From a virus (lineage: Duplodnaviria; Caudoviricetes): a DNA stretch of 64,000 nt. Made by a program: the position numbers and the translations under genes. The DNA is taken from positions 1 through 64,000 of the IMG/VR virus record IMGVR_UViG_3300003523_000207. One strand, given 5' to 3'. The notes beneath the pieces are model-generated. The model was not told the origin of the DNA and made no database searches. It saw only the letters and a list, made by a program, of their open reading frames with translations. Shown here in pieces: positions 45,710 through 55,620 of this stretch (position 1 is its first letter; each line of letters opens with the position of its first letter).

Positions 45710-45955
45710 CTACTTATCGGATTCACCGATTCGATAGATGTACCTCGGTCCCTTGTAGTGCTTGCCGTTCTTCATATCGAACTCGACCTCGTCGCCGCAT
45801 TCGGTAGCTGAAAGCTCGTCGCACTTCTGCTGTGCCAGCGCGACATCGTCAAACGGATCGCCCACAATGGACGGGGCCGCTACGGACATATCCTTGTAGC
45901 CTTCGGTGTCCGCCGCGAAACTAGTAACGTCGTATTTGGTTACCCAAAACTTCAT
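45710..45955 (-). CDS. Hypothetical protein
   Basis: 81 aa, TAATG-coupled to the upstream gene. Confidence 0.6.
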   Translation of the reverse strand: MKFWVTKYDVTSFAADTEGYKDMSVAAPSIVGDPFDDVALAQQKCDELSATECGDEVEFDMKNGKHYKGPRYIYRIGESDK

Positions 45956-47298
45956 TACTTGCCCTTCTTGCTCTTATTCTGCTCGGCGAGCTTCGCCTTT
46001 TCTGCCGCGACAGTCTGTTCGACGGTCTTGGCATAGCGTTCAGACAACGTACGACCCAGCATAGCGTGGAAGAAACCACCCATCACGCTACGGCTTCCGA
46101 TAAGACGTTCGTTGAGAAGAGCACGCTGCTTCTTGTAGGCGGCGTCCCAGTTAAGGATAATACGCCAAGATTCAATAAGCGACGCGATCTTGGAGAACGA
46201 GTCATCCTTACCGAAGACGAGGTTACTGGCAACGCAAATGTGATTTTCCGCGCTGAATCCAGCATCGCGGACACCGGCGATAGCCACGGCACCTTCGGCA
46301 ACCGCCAGCACGCAGTCGGTATCAAGGTTCGTGATTTCGTACGGATTGTCGTTGATATCGTTCGGAATCGTGTTGATGACAAAGTCAAAGCCTGTATCGC
46401 GTTCGTAGGCCAGCGTCTCGGTCACGTTGCTCTTGTCCAAATACGGACTAGCCCAGTGCTGGAGAATAGTCACCTTGTTCTCCTTAATGAGCTGGTAGAT
46501 TTCCGGACGTAGGTCAATAACGCTCGAAATAGTGATACTGTAGTCAGTACCAAACACCTTGGCACGCTGGCCGCGAGGCTTCATAGCTTCGACAATGAAA
46601 TTCTGAACATTCGGAGGAATCACCGTACCCTTGATAAGAATCTTCGGGTTACGAATCGAGGTCGCATAATTGGACGAGCGTTCGTTCATACGGTGAATCG
46701 GGTAGAACTGGTCATTCACGAAAGTCGGAATGCTGATAACGTCCTTGTCGGGTGCCACCAAGTGCATATCGACCAAGGCGCACTGCAGCTCGGCATTCGG
46801 AGTCAGTACGGAATCCGCGATGTACATCGCATCTTCCACCACTCGGCAAGCACCGATGCTCTTAGAGCGTCCAGCCGGGGCATCCCAAACGAACTCGTCG
46901 ATAGCGTACACGACGCGGAGGTGGAGACTTCTCAGCTTACGAGCGAGAATCTGATCGGCTTCGGAGAGTTCCAAGACGTTCTTACCAACCAACGAGGAGG
47001 CGAGATCGTCGAGCTTGTCCACGAGCAAAAGATTCATACGTTCGTTAATGACATTATCAATCCAGAGGACATTGTACTTGGTCAAATCCGGGTTGATGCG
47101 GCAGAAGTCGCTGCTGGTCATAGAAACCAAATTCACATCGGCGAGCTTGGCGAAATGCTTCCTGAAGTAGCTCAATGCGTTATGGCCGCGAAGCACGGAC
47201 AGACGAGAAGTCTCGTCAGAGACCAGCAAAATGTTGAAAGCGACCTTACCCTTGAAGGCATCGTTTACGAATTCATCGATTTTCTTCTGGATATCCAT
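45955..47298 (-). CDS. Divergent GT-B glycosyltransferase-like protein
   Basis: RVVYAIDEFVW, ADSVLTPN..L and IPTFV resemble phage GT4 N-domains; the donor-binding Ex7E motif is not evident. Confidence 0.5.
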   Translation of the reverse strand: MDIQKKIDEFVNDAFKGKVAFNILLVSDETSRLSVLRGHNALSYFRKHFAKLADVNLVSMTSSDFCRINPDLTKYNVLWIDNVINERMNLLLVDKLDDLASSLVGKNVLELSEADQILARKLRSLHLRVVYAIDEFVWDAPAGRSKSIGACRVVEDAMYIADSVLTPNAELQCALVDMHLVAPDKDVISIPTFVNDQFYPIHRMNERSSNYATSIRNPKILIKGTVIPPNVQNFIVEAMKPRGQRAKVFGTDYSITISSVIDLRPEIYQLIKENKVTILQHWASPYLDKSNVTETLAYERDTGFDFVINTIPNDINDNPYEITNLDTDCVLAVAEGAVAIAGVRDAGFSAENHICVASNLVFGKDDSFSKIASLIESWRIILNWDAAYKKQRALLNERLIGSRSVMGGFFHAMLGRTLSERYAKTVEQTVAAEKAKLAEQNKSKKGK

Positions 47299-47344
47299 AG
47301 ATTTCCTTTATCGTTATTCACGATATAAATTATTACATTTATAT

Positions 47345-48472
47345 CTACTTTGCGTCGTATTCACGAAGCATTTCGATAATTTTGGACTTTGCGTCCACAT
47401 TTTGGTCATTCAATTCAGGCAAAATGTCAGGATGCTTGTCCATATACATAGAAGCCATCCCCAAGGAGTCGGAAGACAAGATGCGCTTGGCTTCTTCCTC
47501 GTCGATAACCTCACCATCCTCGGAGACAATAGTACCGTCGTCGCCGTAGTAATACTGGTCGATATAAATCGGGTTACGTTCGACCAACTTGGTCTTGACT
47601 TCGGCATACTGATCCATAGAGCAAGCCTTGTCTGAGAAAAGCCGAACTACGCAGTTGGACAAGTCGGCTGGCTGGGCGTCGATATCGACATCCTTGACAT
47701 CGATAAAGCGCGGAGACAGCTTGTTTTCGTGGAATTCCAAATTGAGCGGACCGTCCTCGGCGCAGCCTTCATCGTCCACGATATAGTAGCCGGGAGTAGA
47801 GCCTACGTGCGAGAAGGTCATATGGTAAGGCGTACCAGTGTAGATAATCGTCGATTCGTCGCTGTTCATCTCCGAACCAACGTGGTAGTGGCCGCTGAAA
47901 GTGAGGGAAGCCGCATTGAGCAGACGCTTCGAGTCGAAACCATTCTGCGATATGTTACCGGCACCCATAGCAGCACCGATGATGTCGAAATGGCCTATGA
48001 TGACCCGCTTTTCGACACCAGACCGCGACAGCTTCACCAGCCACTTGTTAACCTTGTCCATATTGTCTGGGATAATCCACGGAACAAAGATCCATTCTCG
48101 CCCAAAGAACTGTTCCACCCCAATCTTGGCGTCGTATACGGTAACGTGCGGAATGAGGCCGAGGAAGCTCACTGAACACACCTCGCTGGTGTTCGTGTAG
48201 CGCATATCGTGGTTTCCGGCAATGACGAACACCTTGAAATCGGCCAGCTTGTCACGGAAAAGTCGTAGCGCATAATCCATCACGTCGGTTGCGATAAACC
48301 GTTCGTTGTCGAAAATATCGCCAAGGAACACTACGTGGGTCACGTCGGCTTCCTTCCATTCAGAAATCATCTGGTCAATGTAAGCGTGCTGTCCCTTGAC
48401 AAACGCGTTGCCAATCGGACTCTTCTTGTTAGTCGCTCCGAGATGGAGGTCTCCAACTATTGCGAATTTCAT
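47345..48472 (-). CDS. gp47: Recombination endonuclease subunit (T4 gp47 / Mre11-SbcD-like)
   Basis: GDLHLG, LGDIFD, AGNHD, GHF, FSGHYH, YTGTPY. Confidence 0.9.
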   Translation of the reverse strand: MKFAIVGDLHLGATNKKSPIGNAFVKGQHAYIDQMISEWKEADVTHVVFLGDIFDNERFIATDVMDYALRLFRDKLADFKVFVIAGNHDMRYTNTSEVCSVSFLGLIPHVTVYDAKIGVEQFFGREWIFVPWIIPDNMDKVNKWLVKLSRSGVEKRVIIGHFDIIGAAMGAGNISQNGFDSKRLLNAASLTFSGHYHVGSEMNSDESTIIYTGTPYHMTFSHVGSTPGYYIVDDEGCAEDGPLNLEFHENKLSPRFIDVKDVDIDAQPADLSNCVVRLFSDKACSMDQYAEVKTKLVERNPIYIDQYYYGDDGTIVSEDGEVIDEEEAKRILSSDSLGMASMYMDKHPDILPELNDQNVDAKSKIIEMLREYDAK

Positions 48473-49176
48473 ACTTTTTTCTCACTCTCTAAAAGTTTTT
48501 GCTCAGTTTCCTTGGAATGCTGCTCAATGAGACGACGCTCGTTTGCTTCGGCGGTAGCCTTGAGTTCCTCTTGAACCTTCGCCTCGGCGTCAGCCGTCCA
48601 AGCGGCAATGAGCTTGTTGGCTTGCTGCGGAGACAGCTCGTAGTCCTGAGAATCGTTGTCGGCCAGTTCGCCGGACAAGATACGTTTCTCGGTATCGTGT
48701 TCGTTTTCCTCGCGCAAGTCCTTGGTCATCTTGTTCAAGTTGTTCAAGGAGTTTGTAACGGAAGAAATCATATTGGCGACCGCAGCCCACATCTTGTCAC
48801 CGGGGTCAATCTGCGTACGAACTTGGTCATACATATACTTGAGCATATTCTTGCCCATATCGTATAACTCGTGAGCCTCTTTGCGGATTCTGGCACGGTC
48901 GTTACGCAACACCTCGTCATTGATGTCCTCTGCTTGGATATCGTCAAACTTGGTTTCTTCGAACTGTACAGCCAACGCTTGGGTGGACAAGGACTTTGTC
49001 TGTGCGATAAGCTGCTTTGCACTATCCAGAGCCTCTTGGGTGGAACCCATCGGGAGGTTCAGATGGTGTTCAAATTCGTTAAATACATTATCGTCCTTCG
49101 GTTCATCAGTCGCCGCTGGTTTGGAACCGATATTCTTGATGTTAAAAAATGTGTTCGGGTCTACATTCTCTGCCAT
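48469..49176 (-). CDS. Probable terminase small subunit (gp16-like)
   Basis: LYDMG...L and KMWAAVANMISSV..S...L helices resemble gp16; GGAG RBS, start MAENV. Confidence 0.5.
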   Translation of the reverse strand: MAENVDPNTFFNIKNIGSKPAATDEPKDDNVFNEFEHHLNLPMGSTQEALDSAKQLIAQTKSLSTQALAVQFEETKFDDIQAEDINDEVLRNDRARIRKEAHELYDMGKNMLKYMYDQVRTQIDPGDKMWAAVANMISSVTNSLNNLNKMTKDLREENEHDTEKRILSGELADNDSQDYELSPQQANKLIAAWTADAEAKVQEELKATAEANERRLIEQHSKETEQKLLESEKKV

Positions 49177-49247
49177 AGTTACTCCAATACAGTTGCCCAC
49201 TTTTTCGCTTTACTACTTAGTTTAGGATGGCTGTCCCCAGACTTCTT

Positions 49248-50117
49248 TCACGCAAGAATTTCTCGGTCGATTTCACTGCCACCACCGTAACTTTCGGTAA
49301 GCATAAAAGGTTGTTCATCGCGTTCAACACGTATAGGCTGATTGTGCTCTTTTCCAACGCGTGTAATATTGTTGTGCATTTCCAGCAACGACTTATATTT
49401 CTTACCGCGAAAATGTGCGGACACCATTTTATGGTATTCGTCTTCAGCATCCAGTAAATCATCCACCGACTCGGCATTGACCATCTTCGTGCGGATAAGC
49501 GAAGGAACCGGCATCTCTCCCCATTCTTCCATACACTTAATCACGTCTTTAACATAGTCCAAATGGGCTTGAAATGCCTCGGCGACTTTTTTCGGCTTGT
49601 CATCCATAGCCGTTTTATAGCCATCGATTATGGATTCACAAAGTTTCTTATCGTCTGGGGTCACGTGGTTACTGTCAGCAATACTGCGTATGAATGTCTC
49701 GAATTCCCTTGGTGCTTTGGACGAGTTAGGCGTAGATGCCGATATGTTTTGAAACGTCAGACCCGGTTCGCACGATATACCGCAAACCCCTTCTCGACGA
49801 CGTTCGGCCTCCCAACGAGGAGTGGTAGATGTTTCGTTCCAAACACGGTCAAATAATTTCTCTCTCGCGTAATCATTACCTACTTGCTTCGTGATGCGTT
49901 CAGCCAGAGTCGGAACCAAGTTTTCGACGGCCTTCTGAACCTCGTCGTCGATTTCCTTCTTGTCAACAGTCGGAGTATCCTTTTCGGTGGTGTTCTTCAA
50001 GAAAATTCCGTTGGAACGGCGATAATAATCTCGAATCGACAAGAAGATCTTCTTGCCGATCAGGAATAGTAAACCCAGCCCAATGTCGACCGCAATTCCG
50101 ATTATTATAGCTTCCAT
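49248..50117 (-). CDS. Membrane-anchored hypothetical protein
   Basis: N-terminal transmembrane helix; 289 aa. Confidence 0.65.
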   Translation of the reverse strand: MEAIIIGIAVDIGLGLLFLIGKKIFLSIRDYYRRSNGIFLKNTTEKDTPTVDKKEIDDEVQKAVENLVPTLAERITKQVGNDYAREKLFDRVWNETSTTPRWEAERRREGVCGISCEPGLTFQNISASTPNSSKAPREFETFIRSIADSNHVTPDDKKLCESIIDGYKTAMDDKPKKVAEAFQAHLDYVKDVIKCMEEWGEMPVPSLIRTKMVNAESVDDLLDAEDEYHKMVSAHFRGKKYKSLLEMHNNITRVGKEHNQPIRVERDEQPFMLTESYGGGSEIDREILA

Positions 50118-50126
50118 ACGAATATC

Positions 50127-50600
50127 CTACAAAATCTTGCCGATATCCTTACCGAAAGTCGCAACATTGATCAAGTGCTGCGCGTTTCTTGGATAGTACC
50201 GTATGGTTTCTTGCATACTCACCAACAATTCCACATACAGACGCTGGTTTTCCAAATCCTTCTTCTGGCTCGATAACACTGGATCGCCGTCAACCATAAT
50301 CCGTACACCTTCAGATGTAGGATTGAAAGCCATACGCTCGTTCATAATGCTCTCGTACTTCTCCTTGCGAGCGACTCGGTATTCGTCTTCCATAGTTTCG
50401 AGCTTGTTCTTCTCTTGGAATACAAGGGTGCCTATTTCAGCCGCTCCCTCGCCCATATTGAACGTCGCATTGTACTTAATCTTTTCAAGGCTAGGCAATC
50501 CGTCTTCACCAGTGCTATCCAATGTCTCGACCAGAAAATCTCGTAACTTCTTGATTTCGTCGTCCTCGATTAGATTATTGAGCTTATTTTCCTTAATCAT
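50127..50600 (-). CDS. uvsY: UvsY-like recombination mediator
   Basis: Coiled coil with KYE....F.P....V...VDGDP.L......LYVELL....ETIRY. Confidence 0.55.
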   Translation of the reverse strand: MIKENKLNNLIEDDEIKKLRDFLVETLDSTGEDGLPSLEKIKYNATFNMGEGAAEIGTLVFQEKNKLETMEDEYRVARKEKYESIMNERMAFNPTSEGVRIMVDGDPVLSSQKKDLENQRLYVELLVSMQETIRYYPRNAQHLINVATFGKDIGKIL

Positions 50601-50610
50601 ACATTCCTCG

Positions 50611-51072
50611 TTAGAACACCAGACCCATTTCGAATCCGCTCCTAGACTTCTTCATTTCCTTCGATACCGTTGACGGAAACTTCGCGACATCGTTGTGGGC
50701 TTGTGTAATGAACTCAACATAGCTCGTGATGCGCTTGATATCGCGATTCAGACCAGCCATAGTCTGTTTCGGCAGTTTAATTTCGCACTTCTTGGGGTCG
50801 ATAATCTTTTTCGATACGGCAAACTTGTACCACTCGACCAACTGCTTTCGATACAGCAACTCATTGAGCTTCACCTGTTCTTGGAATCGAAGGCACAGCA
50901 AGTCAACTACGGTTATACCCATATTGTTGGCAAAGTTTTCCAAAACCACCCGGAAACTGAGCTTACCCTTCGAATCGGTAACATCAATGGTCTTCGCCAC
51001 GCAAGAGCGAATCGTCTTGATAGTCTCGTTCGACGGAGTCTTGATTTCTGGGTATGCTTCCTGAGTTTCCAT
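50611..51072 (-). CDS. Hypothetical protein
   Basis: Probable start METQ; the upstream MHYKL extension is the promoter motif TATAAACT (51095-51102). Confidence 0.6.
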   Translation of the reverse strand: METQEAYPEIKTPSNETIKTIRSCVAKTIDVTDSKGKLSFRVVLENFANNMGITVVDLLCLRFQEQVKLNELLYRKQLVEWYKFAVSKKIIDPKKCEIKLPKQTMAGLNRDIKRITSYVEFITQAHNDVAKFPSTVSKEMKKSRSGFEMGLVF

Positions 51073-51126
51073 AACCGCCAAAGTAGTAAAACGGAGTTTA
51101 TAATGCAAATTAGGCCAAAATACAAG

Positions 51127-51152
51127 AAAACGGCTCCTTTCGGGGCCGTTCT
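51127..51152 (-). terminator. Intrinsic terminator after the tail tube gene
   Basis: AACGGCCCC-gaaa-GGAGCCGTT followed by TTCTT. Confidence 0.75.
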
Positions 51153-51178
51153 CTATGGCTAATACCTAGCCACTCCGA

Positions 51179-51895
51179 CTAGACAACCTTATATCCGGGC
51201 GGAATGTAAAGGTTAAAGCGGTCGTAACGGAACTCTGCTTCAAACGTGCCGAGCGTTGCGTTGTCATAGCTCAACTGGAAGCTAGATGCGTCAACGGTCT
51301 TCGGCCAGCAGTTCACGAGCAGAACACTGAGGATAACATTACCGTACATCCAGTCGTACAGTTCGAGACGGACAGAAGCGTTGCGCAACAGACCAGCGTA
51401 GGTGTTGTTGTGGTTCTCTTGCTGACCGAGACCCAGATAAATCTGGTTGTTACCTTCATTTGCGGTACGGTCGGATTCGTGGATAGCGTCGTTAGTACCG
51501 GTGTTCGACAAGATACCTTGGTTGAAGCAAGTCTGGTTCCAAGCGAGCATCATTTCGAATGCACGCATATCTTCCAGAAGCAACATCTTAATTCTCATCG
51601 TGCTTGCCAAGCCTTCCTGTTGGACAGGGAAGAACTTTTCAAAGCCCATATACTTAATCGCCGCATCCTTGATCTTGACGGCGGGAATCTTAGCACCGCT
51701 CTGAACGTGCAGAGCGTACTCGTCCTCACCGCCTTCGGTACCAAAATGGACGCCATTGGTGCAGTTCACACCCACGAGACGGAAAATGTCGGTGGGAATG
51801 ATCATACGCCAGCGAGTGCTACGAACCGGGTCGACGAGATGGTCAATCGCGCCAGCCCAGAATACTTTCTTCTTTTGGTCTTCACTAAGTGCCAT
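51179..51895 (-). CDS. gp19: Tail tube protein (T4 gp19-like)
   Basis: DPVRSTRWR, A.IP, NCWPKTV...LSYD.....F.AEFRYD; directly after the sheath gene with a GGAGG RBS. Confidence 0.85.
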   Translation of the reverse strand: MALSEDQKKKVFWAGAIDHLVDPVRSTRWRMIIPTDIFRLVGVNCTNGVHFGTEGGEDEYALHVQSGAKIPAVKIKDAAIKYMGFEKFFPVQQEGLASTMRIKMLLLEDMRAFEMMLAWNQTCFNQGILSNTGTNDAIHESDRTANEGNNQIYLGLGQQENHNNTYAGLLRNASVRLELYDWMYGNVILSVLLVNCWPKTVDASSFQLSYDNATLGTFEAEFRYDRFNLYIPPGYKVV

Positions 51896-51910
51896 AGGTC
51901 ACCTCCTTCC

Positions 51911-54900
51911 TTAACCCGAAACAATCTCGGTGGAAACAGTGTTTCCGTTCTTGGTGGACTCGACAGACGTACGGAGGATAATCCAGCGTGCGCTCTTCGT
52001 CGGAAGCAACTTCAAGTCAACAATGAGGAAGTTCTGGTCGATAAGCTCCGGAGTATTGTTGGTGTCATCGCAAGTCACGACGCCGTCCACCAATCCAGCA
52101 GGGTTAGACCGCTTAATCATATTGAGCTTGTCCTGAAGGTCAGACGTGATCTGAGCACGAAGGTTGGTCGTGTTCAAACGGAAGACCTTGTGGTCGAGGT
52201 ACTTATAGAACGTCTTGTGGATGCCAGCCACGAGCATAGCAACGTGAGCTTGGTTGAAGGCAGTGTCTTCCATCTGGAGAGTGAAGTCACCCCAAATGAA
52301 CATACCTTCGCGGTTCACACGAGTTGCGTTGACGTGGATGTCGCTGAGCTTACCAACGTCGCAGGTCTTGTCTTCGGAGTTGTAGGTACGCTGGAACTTT
52401 TCCTTGGTACCCCAAGCAGAAGGAACCGGAGCTTGGTCGTAACCGCTAGGCGGAATCCAGTAGATGCCAGACTGACGGTTGCCGGTGATGATGGAGGCCA
52501 ACTGGACGGACTTCATAATTTCGGCTTCGCCGTTGGTGTACACGGAGTCTTGGACGAGACCGCGACCGTCGTAGAGCATACCCCAGCGTCCCAGAGTCGA
52601 AACGAAACCGGTAGCCGCGATATCCTTCTTGAGAGCCTTGTTGATATCCGGTTCAGACACACCGTCGAAGAGAGCGAAGCAGTCCTTACGGGCTTCACAG
52701 ACATTCAACATAGCCTGAATGACCTGAGTATTCAAGGTTTCAATCTTGTTCATAAACGGATTGTTGATTGCCATACCAGCTGCGACGAGCATATCAACGT
52801 CAGAACCGTCCTTGTTGAGGAAGAGGTTCCATACCGTCGAGAGAGTGCTGCCAGAACGGTTGTTCAACGGATTGTAAGTCCAGACTGCGTCGTTCTTAAT
52901 AGCAGGGTCATTAGAGTTGTATGCAATCGCAGTTACAGAACCGTTGAGGGTACCGCCGACGAGCGACTGAGACAAGTCATAAGACGTGTTTTCAAGGAAG
53001 TAGTCAAGCACACCAGAGTCGTTCAGAACGAATTCCAAACCACTGTCGGTCAGTTCGTAATCGGCAGCTTGCTTGATGCCGAGCTGAATCTTCGTGGAGG
53101 TGCTGTACGGAACGATAGTACCTTCAAACTCGTAAATCGTGCCGTTGAAGCGGTAGCGGATAGAGAGGTACATACGAGCGATGTTCACGCCTTCGTCGGT
53201 CAGCACGTAGGCCTGACGCGGGTTGTTGTCGAAGTCAACGTCGAGGTAGTTCGTCGATGCAAGGCCAAGTCCGAGGAACGTAGCACCGATATCGCTATCG
53301 GCCAGAACCTTTGCGGACTTCTCGATGTCGAGATTCCACTTAACGTCAGTCTTGACAAAAGCTTGAGTATCTACGTCGTCGTTTACAACCACGTTTTCCT
53401 TCTGTTCGACAGAGCTGACGTACATCGTGTAGCTAGACACAATGTAGGTGTCAACCGTGTCGCGAACACGGACAACGGACGGGGTGAGCGTAACAGAAAC
53501 CGTCGTTACATTTTCGGTAGACACCAACGAGTCCGGAATCGTAACAACCACGTCGTTTCCGTTACGAGTAACGGTCACGTCGTCTGCCGTAATTGCCGGT
53601 TCGCCAGTACGCGTTGCCGAATCAACCACAGCATCAACAGTGGTATAACCAACGAAATTAGCCAAGTCAGCTGCGGTAAGCGTAACCGTGCCAGTAATTT
53701 CATTGGCCGGAATCGTGATTGACTTCGTCACAGCGGTACCTTCCTCGGTATAAGTTTCCGAAGAAACCGCGTTGTAGGCAGTCGCCGAAGTGGTACTCAA
53801 GTTGATCAACTGATAGACGGTAGAATCAGTGATTTCACTCGTGAGAGCGTCGTTAACAGTAATCACACCAGTGAAGGTGTTGATATCAGTAACAGTAAGA
53901 ACCGTCGAAACAATGGAATCACCATAGAAGAAGTCATCCGTAGCGCGAGTATCACTAGCGGTATTGTCTACTGACTTGCTTGCACGAACCACAGCCACCT
54001 TATCGCCGATCGAGTAGTCGAACGCTGCGCTTGGGTCAACGACAATCGTAGTTCCCTTAGCCGAGTTGATGTTGTTGACAATTCCAGACGTGGCATATCC
54101 AAGATCGGAGCTGTTCAGCACCTTCACCACAGCGGAAGCAACCTTTTCCCAAGTATCCGCATCATTCACGTCAGCGTAGAGAACGGCTTCAGAGCATTCA
54201 GTGATAGCGACCTTTTTATTGGTCATTTCAACACTAGCATCAAAACCATCCGGCTTTGCAACAATAGCGTTGCCACCAGCCGAAACATCCTTCACGTACA
54301 AGTCAGTGAAGTAAGTAACGGTTCCGTTAATCGTAACCTTCAAAGCAATAGTATCGCCAACCACAACTTCCAGGCCAGAGCACGGAATTTCCAAGTTGTC
54401 GTCAGTCAGCACGAACGAACCAGTTTGGTCAATTTCAGTAGACTTCCAAAGACGGATGTCAATGTTGTTGCCATTCTTGTTCTTAAACGTGAAACGGTCA
54501 CCCGGCTTAATGTCGGATGGAGTTTTGCTAGAGTCATAACCCCACTTGGCAGCGGCAAACTTCTTAACACCCTGACCAGCCACAGCGGTCTTGATGTTCA
54601 TATAGTCGAAACCGTCTTCGACAGCGGAATCCGGATTCGAGAAGATGATGGCATTGAAATATTGCGCACCACTGGTCGTGTATTCTTCCGGAATTTCGAG
54701 TGTCACCTTCTTGTCTTCAATGTCAGTAACAGTAGCAAGGGTGTCCTTGTTATTGTTATTGGATCCAGAAGCGGGGAGCAACACGGTGTCGCCAATCGTG
54801 AAACTCGGCACCGTAGACAAGGTCACAACGACCGACGTTCTTTCAGTGCCGTACTCCGGCTGGCCAACAACTTCGAAACGATCGAATGCGCGGTAGGCAT

Positions 54901-55513
54901 AGCTGGGGTCGCGGTTCATAATGGCAAAGAGCACCATATCAGTGCAGTGTTCACCATCCCACTTACGAGCCTTGTTGCTATCGGCATAGTCTTCGGAAGC
55001 CGTAAGACCGAAGTCCACGTTCTTACCGGTAGTCACCGCTTCAGCGATGTTGTTAATCTTACGAGTCACACCATAAGCGGCTGCACCGTCAGTCTTGTAA
55101 CGGGTAGCGGCAAAGTGTTCAATCTGGAAAGAAGTCTGGTCGGCCTCGCATTTGTACTGGCCAGCATTCTTGTCGAACGCAACCACAAAGGCATCAGTCT
55201 TCAAATCACGCTTACGCGGGTCGGTACGGTCGATTTCTTCGCCATACGGACGGACAAATTCGACACCGCCACCGGCGTCAAGCACGGCACGAGCAGCATA
55301 CATTCCTTGGTTGTACTTATAGCTCTGGTAGCCATAACCCAGCTTTGCGTCTTGTTCGGCGGTCGAGTTCACTTGGATGATTTTGTTCAATTCACCCTTA
55401 GAAGCAAAACCGACGATACCAGCGGTAGTTGCTGGATTCTCGACTACGGTGTAGGCGGAATTATCGCGCAGCTGGATTCGTACACCCGGCGGAAAACCCA
55501 TTTTAGTTCCCAT
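51911..55513 (-). CDS. gp18: Tail sheath protein (T4 gp18-like), 1200 aa
   Basis: PGVRI..D, G...KGELN, CEARKDCFA, W.PP.G, IWGD.TL, F..NT..LR, CD.TNNTPE.ID.N....D..L.PTKS..WI. Confidence 0.9.
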   Translation of the reverse strand: MGTKMGFPPGVRIQLRDNSAYTVVENPATTAGIVGFASKGELNKIIQVNSTAEQDAKLGYGYQSYKYNQGMYAARAVLDAGGGVEFVRPYGEEIDRTDPRKRDLKTDAFVVAFDKNAGQYKCEADQTSFQIEHFAATRYKTDGAAAYGVTRKINNIAEAVTTGKNVDFGLTASEDYADSNKARKWDGEHCTDMVLFAIMNRDPSYAYRAFDRFEVVGQPEYGTERTSVVVTLSTVPSFTIGDTVLLPASGSNNNNKDTLATVTDIEDKKVTLEIPEEYTTSGAQYFNAIIFSNPDSAVEDGFDYMNIKTAVAGQGVKKFAAAKWGYDSSKTPSDIKPGDRFTFKNKNGNNIDIRLWKSTEIDQTGSFVLTDDNLEIPCSGLEVVVGDTIALKVTINGTVTYFTDLYVKDVSAGGNAIVAKPDGFDASVEMTNKKVAITECSEAVLYADVNDADTWEKVASAVVKVLNSSDLGYATSGIVNNINSAKGTTIVVDPSAAFDYSIGDKVAVVRASKSVDNTASDTRATDDFFYGDSIVSTVLTVTDINTFTGVITVNDALTSEITDSTVYQLINLSTTSATAYNAVSSETYTEEGTAVTKSITIPANEITGTVTLTAADLANFVGYTTVDAVVDSATRTGEPAITADDVTVTRNGNDVVVTIPDSLVSTENVTTVSVTLTPSVVRVRDTVDTYIVSSYTMYVSSVEQKENVVVNDDVDTQAFVKTDVKWNLDIEKSAKVLADSDIGATFLGLGLASTNYLDVDFDNNPRQAYVLTDEGVNIARMYLSIRYRFNGTIYEFEGTIVPYSTSTKIQLGIKQAADYELTDSGLEFVLNDSGVLDYFLENTSYDLSQSLVGGTLNGSVTAIAYNSNDPAIKNDAVWTYNPLNNRSGSTLSTVWNLFLNKDGSDVDMLVAAGMAINNPFMNKIETLNTQVIQAMLNVCEARKDCFALFDGVSEPDINKALKKDIAATGFVSTLGRWGMLYDGRGLVQDSVYTNGEAEIMKSVQLASIITGNRQSGIYWIPPSGYDQAPVPSAWGTKEKFQRTYNSEDKTCDVGKLSDIHVNATRVNREGMFIWGDFTLQMEDTAFNQAHVAMLVAGIHKTFYKYLDHKVFRLNTTNLRAQITSDLQDKLNMIKRSNPAGLVDGVVTCDDTNNTPELIDQNFLIVDLKLLPTKSARWIILRTSVESTKNGNTVSTEIVSG

Positions 55514-55620
55514 AGTTTACCTCATGGTACGTTTGTTTCCACAAAGTTTATGGTGTGGTCACGATTTTTTGCCGCTCGAAACTGATAAACTCTGTTTAGA
55601 ACATCATAGACGGCTCCAAA

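Noticed and set aside
51410-53722. 770-aa plus-strand ORF (also 15883-17310, 59309-60916, 43178-44233 and 54425-55585)
   Set aside because: Antisense shadows of well-supported genes caused by codon bias; no motifs, RBS or promoter
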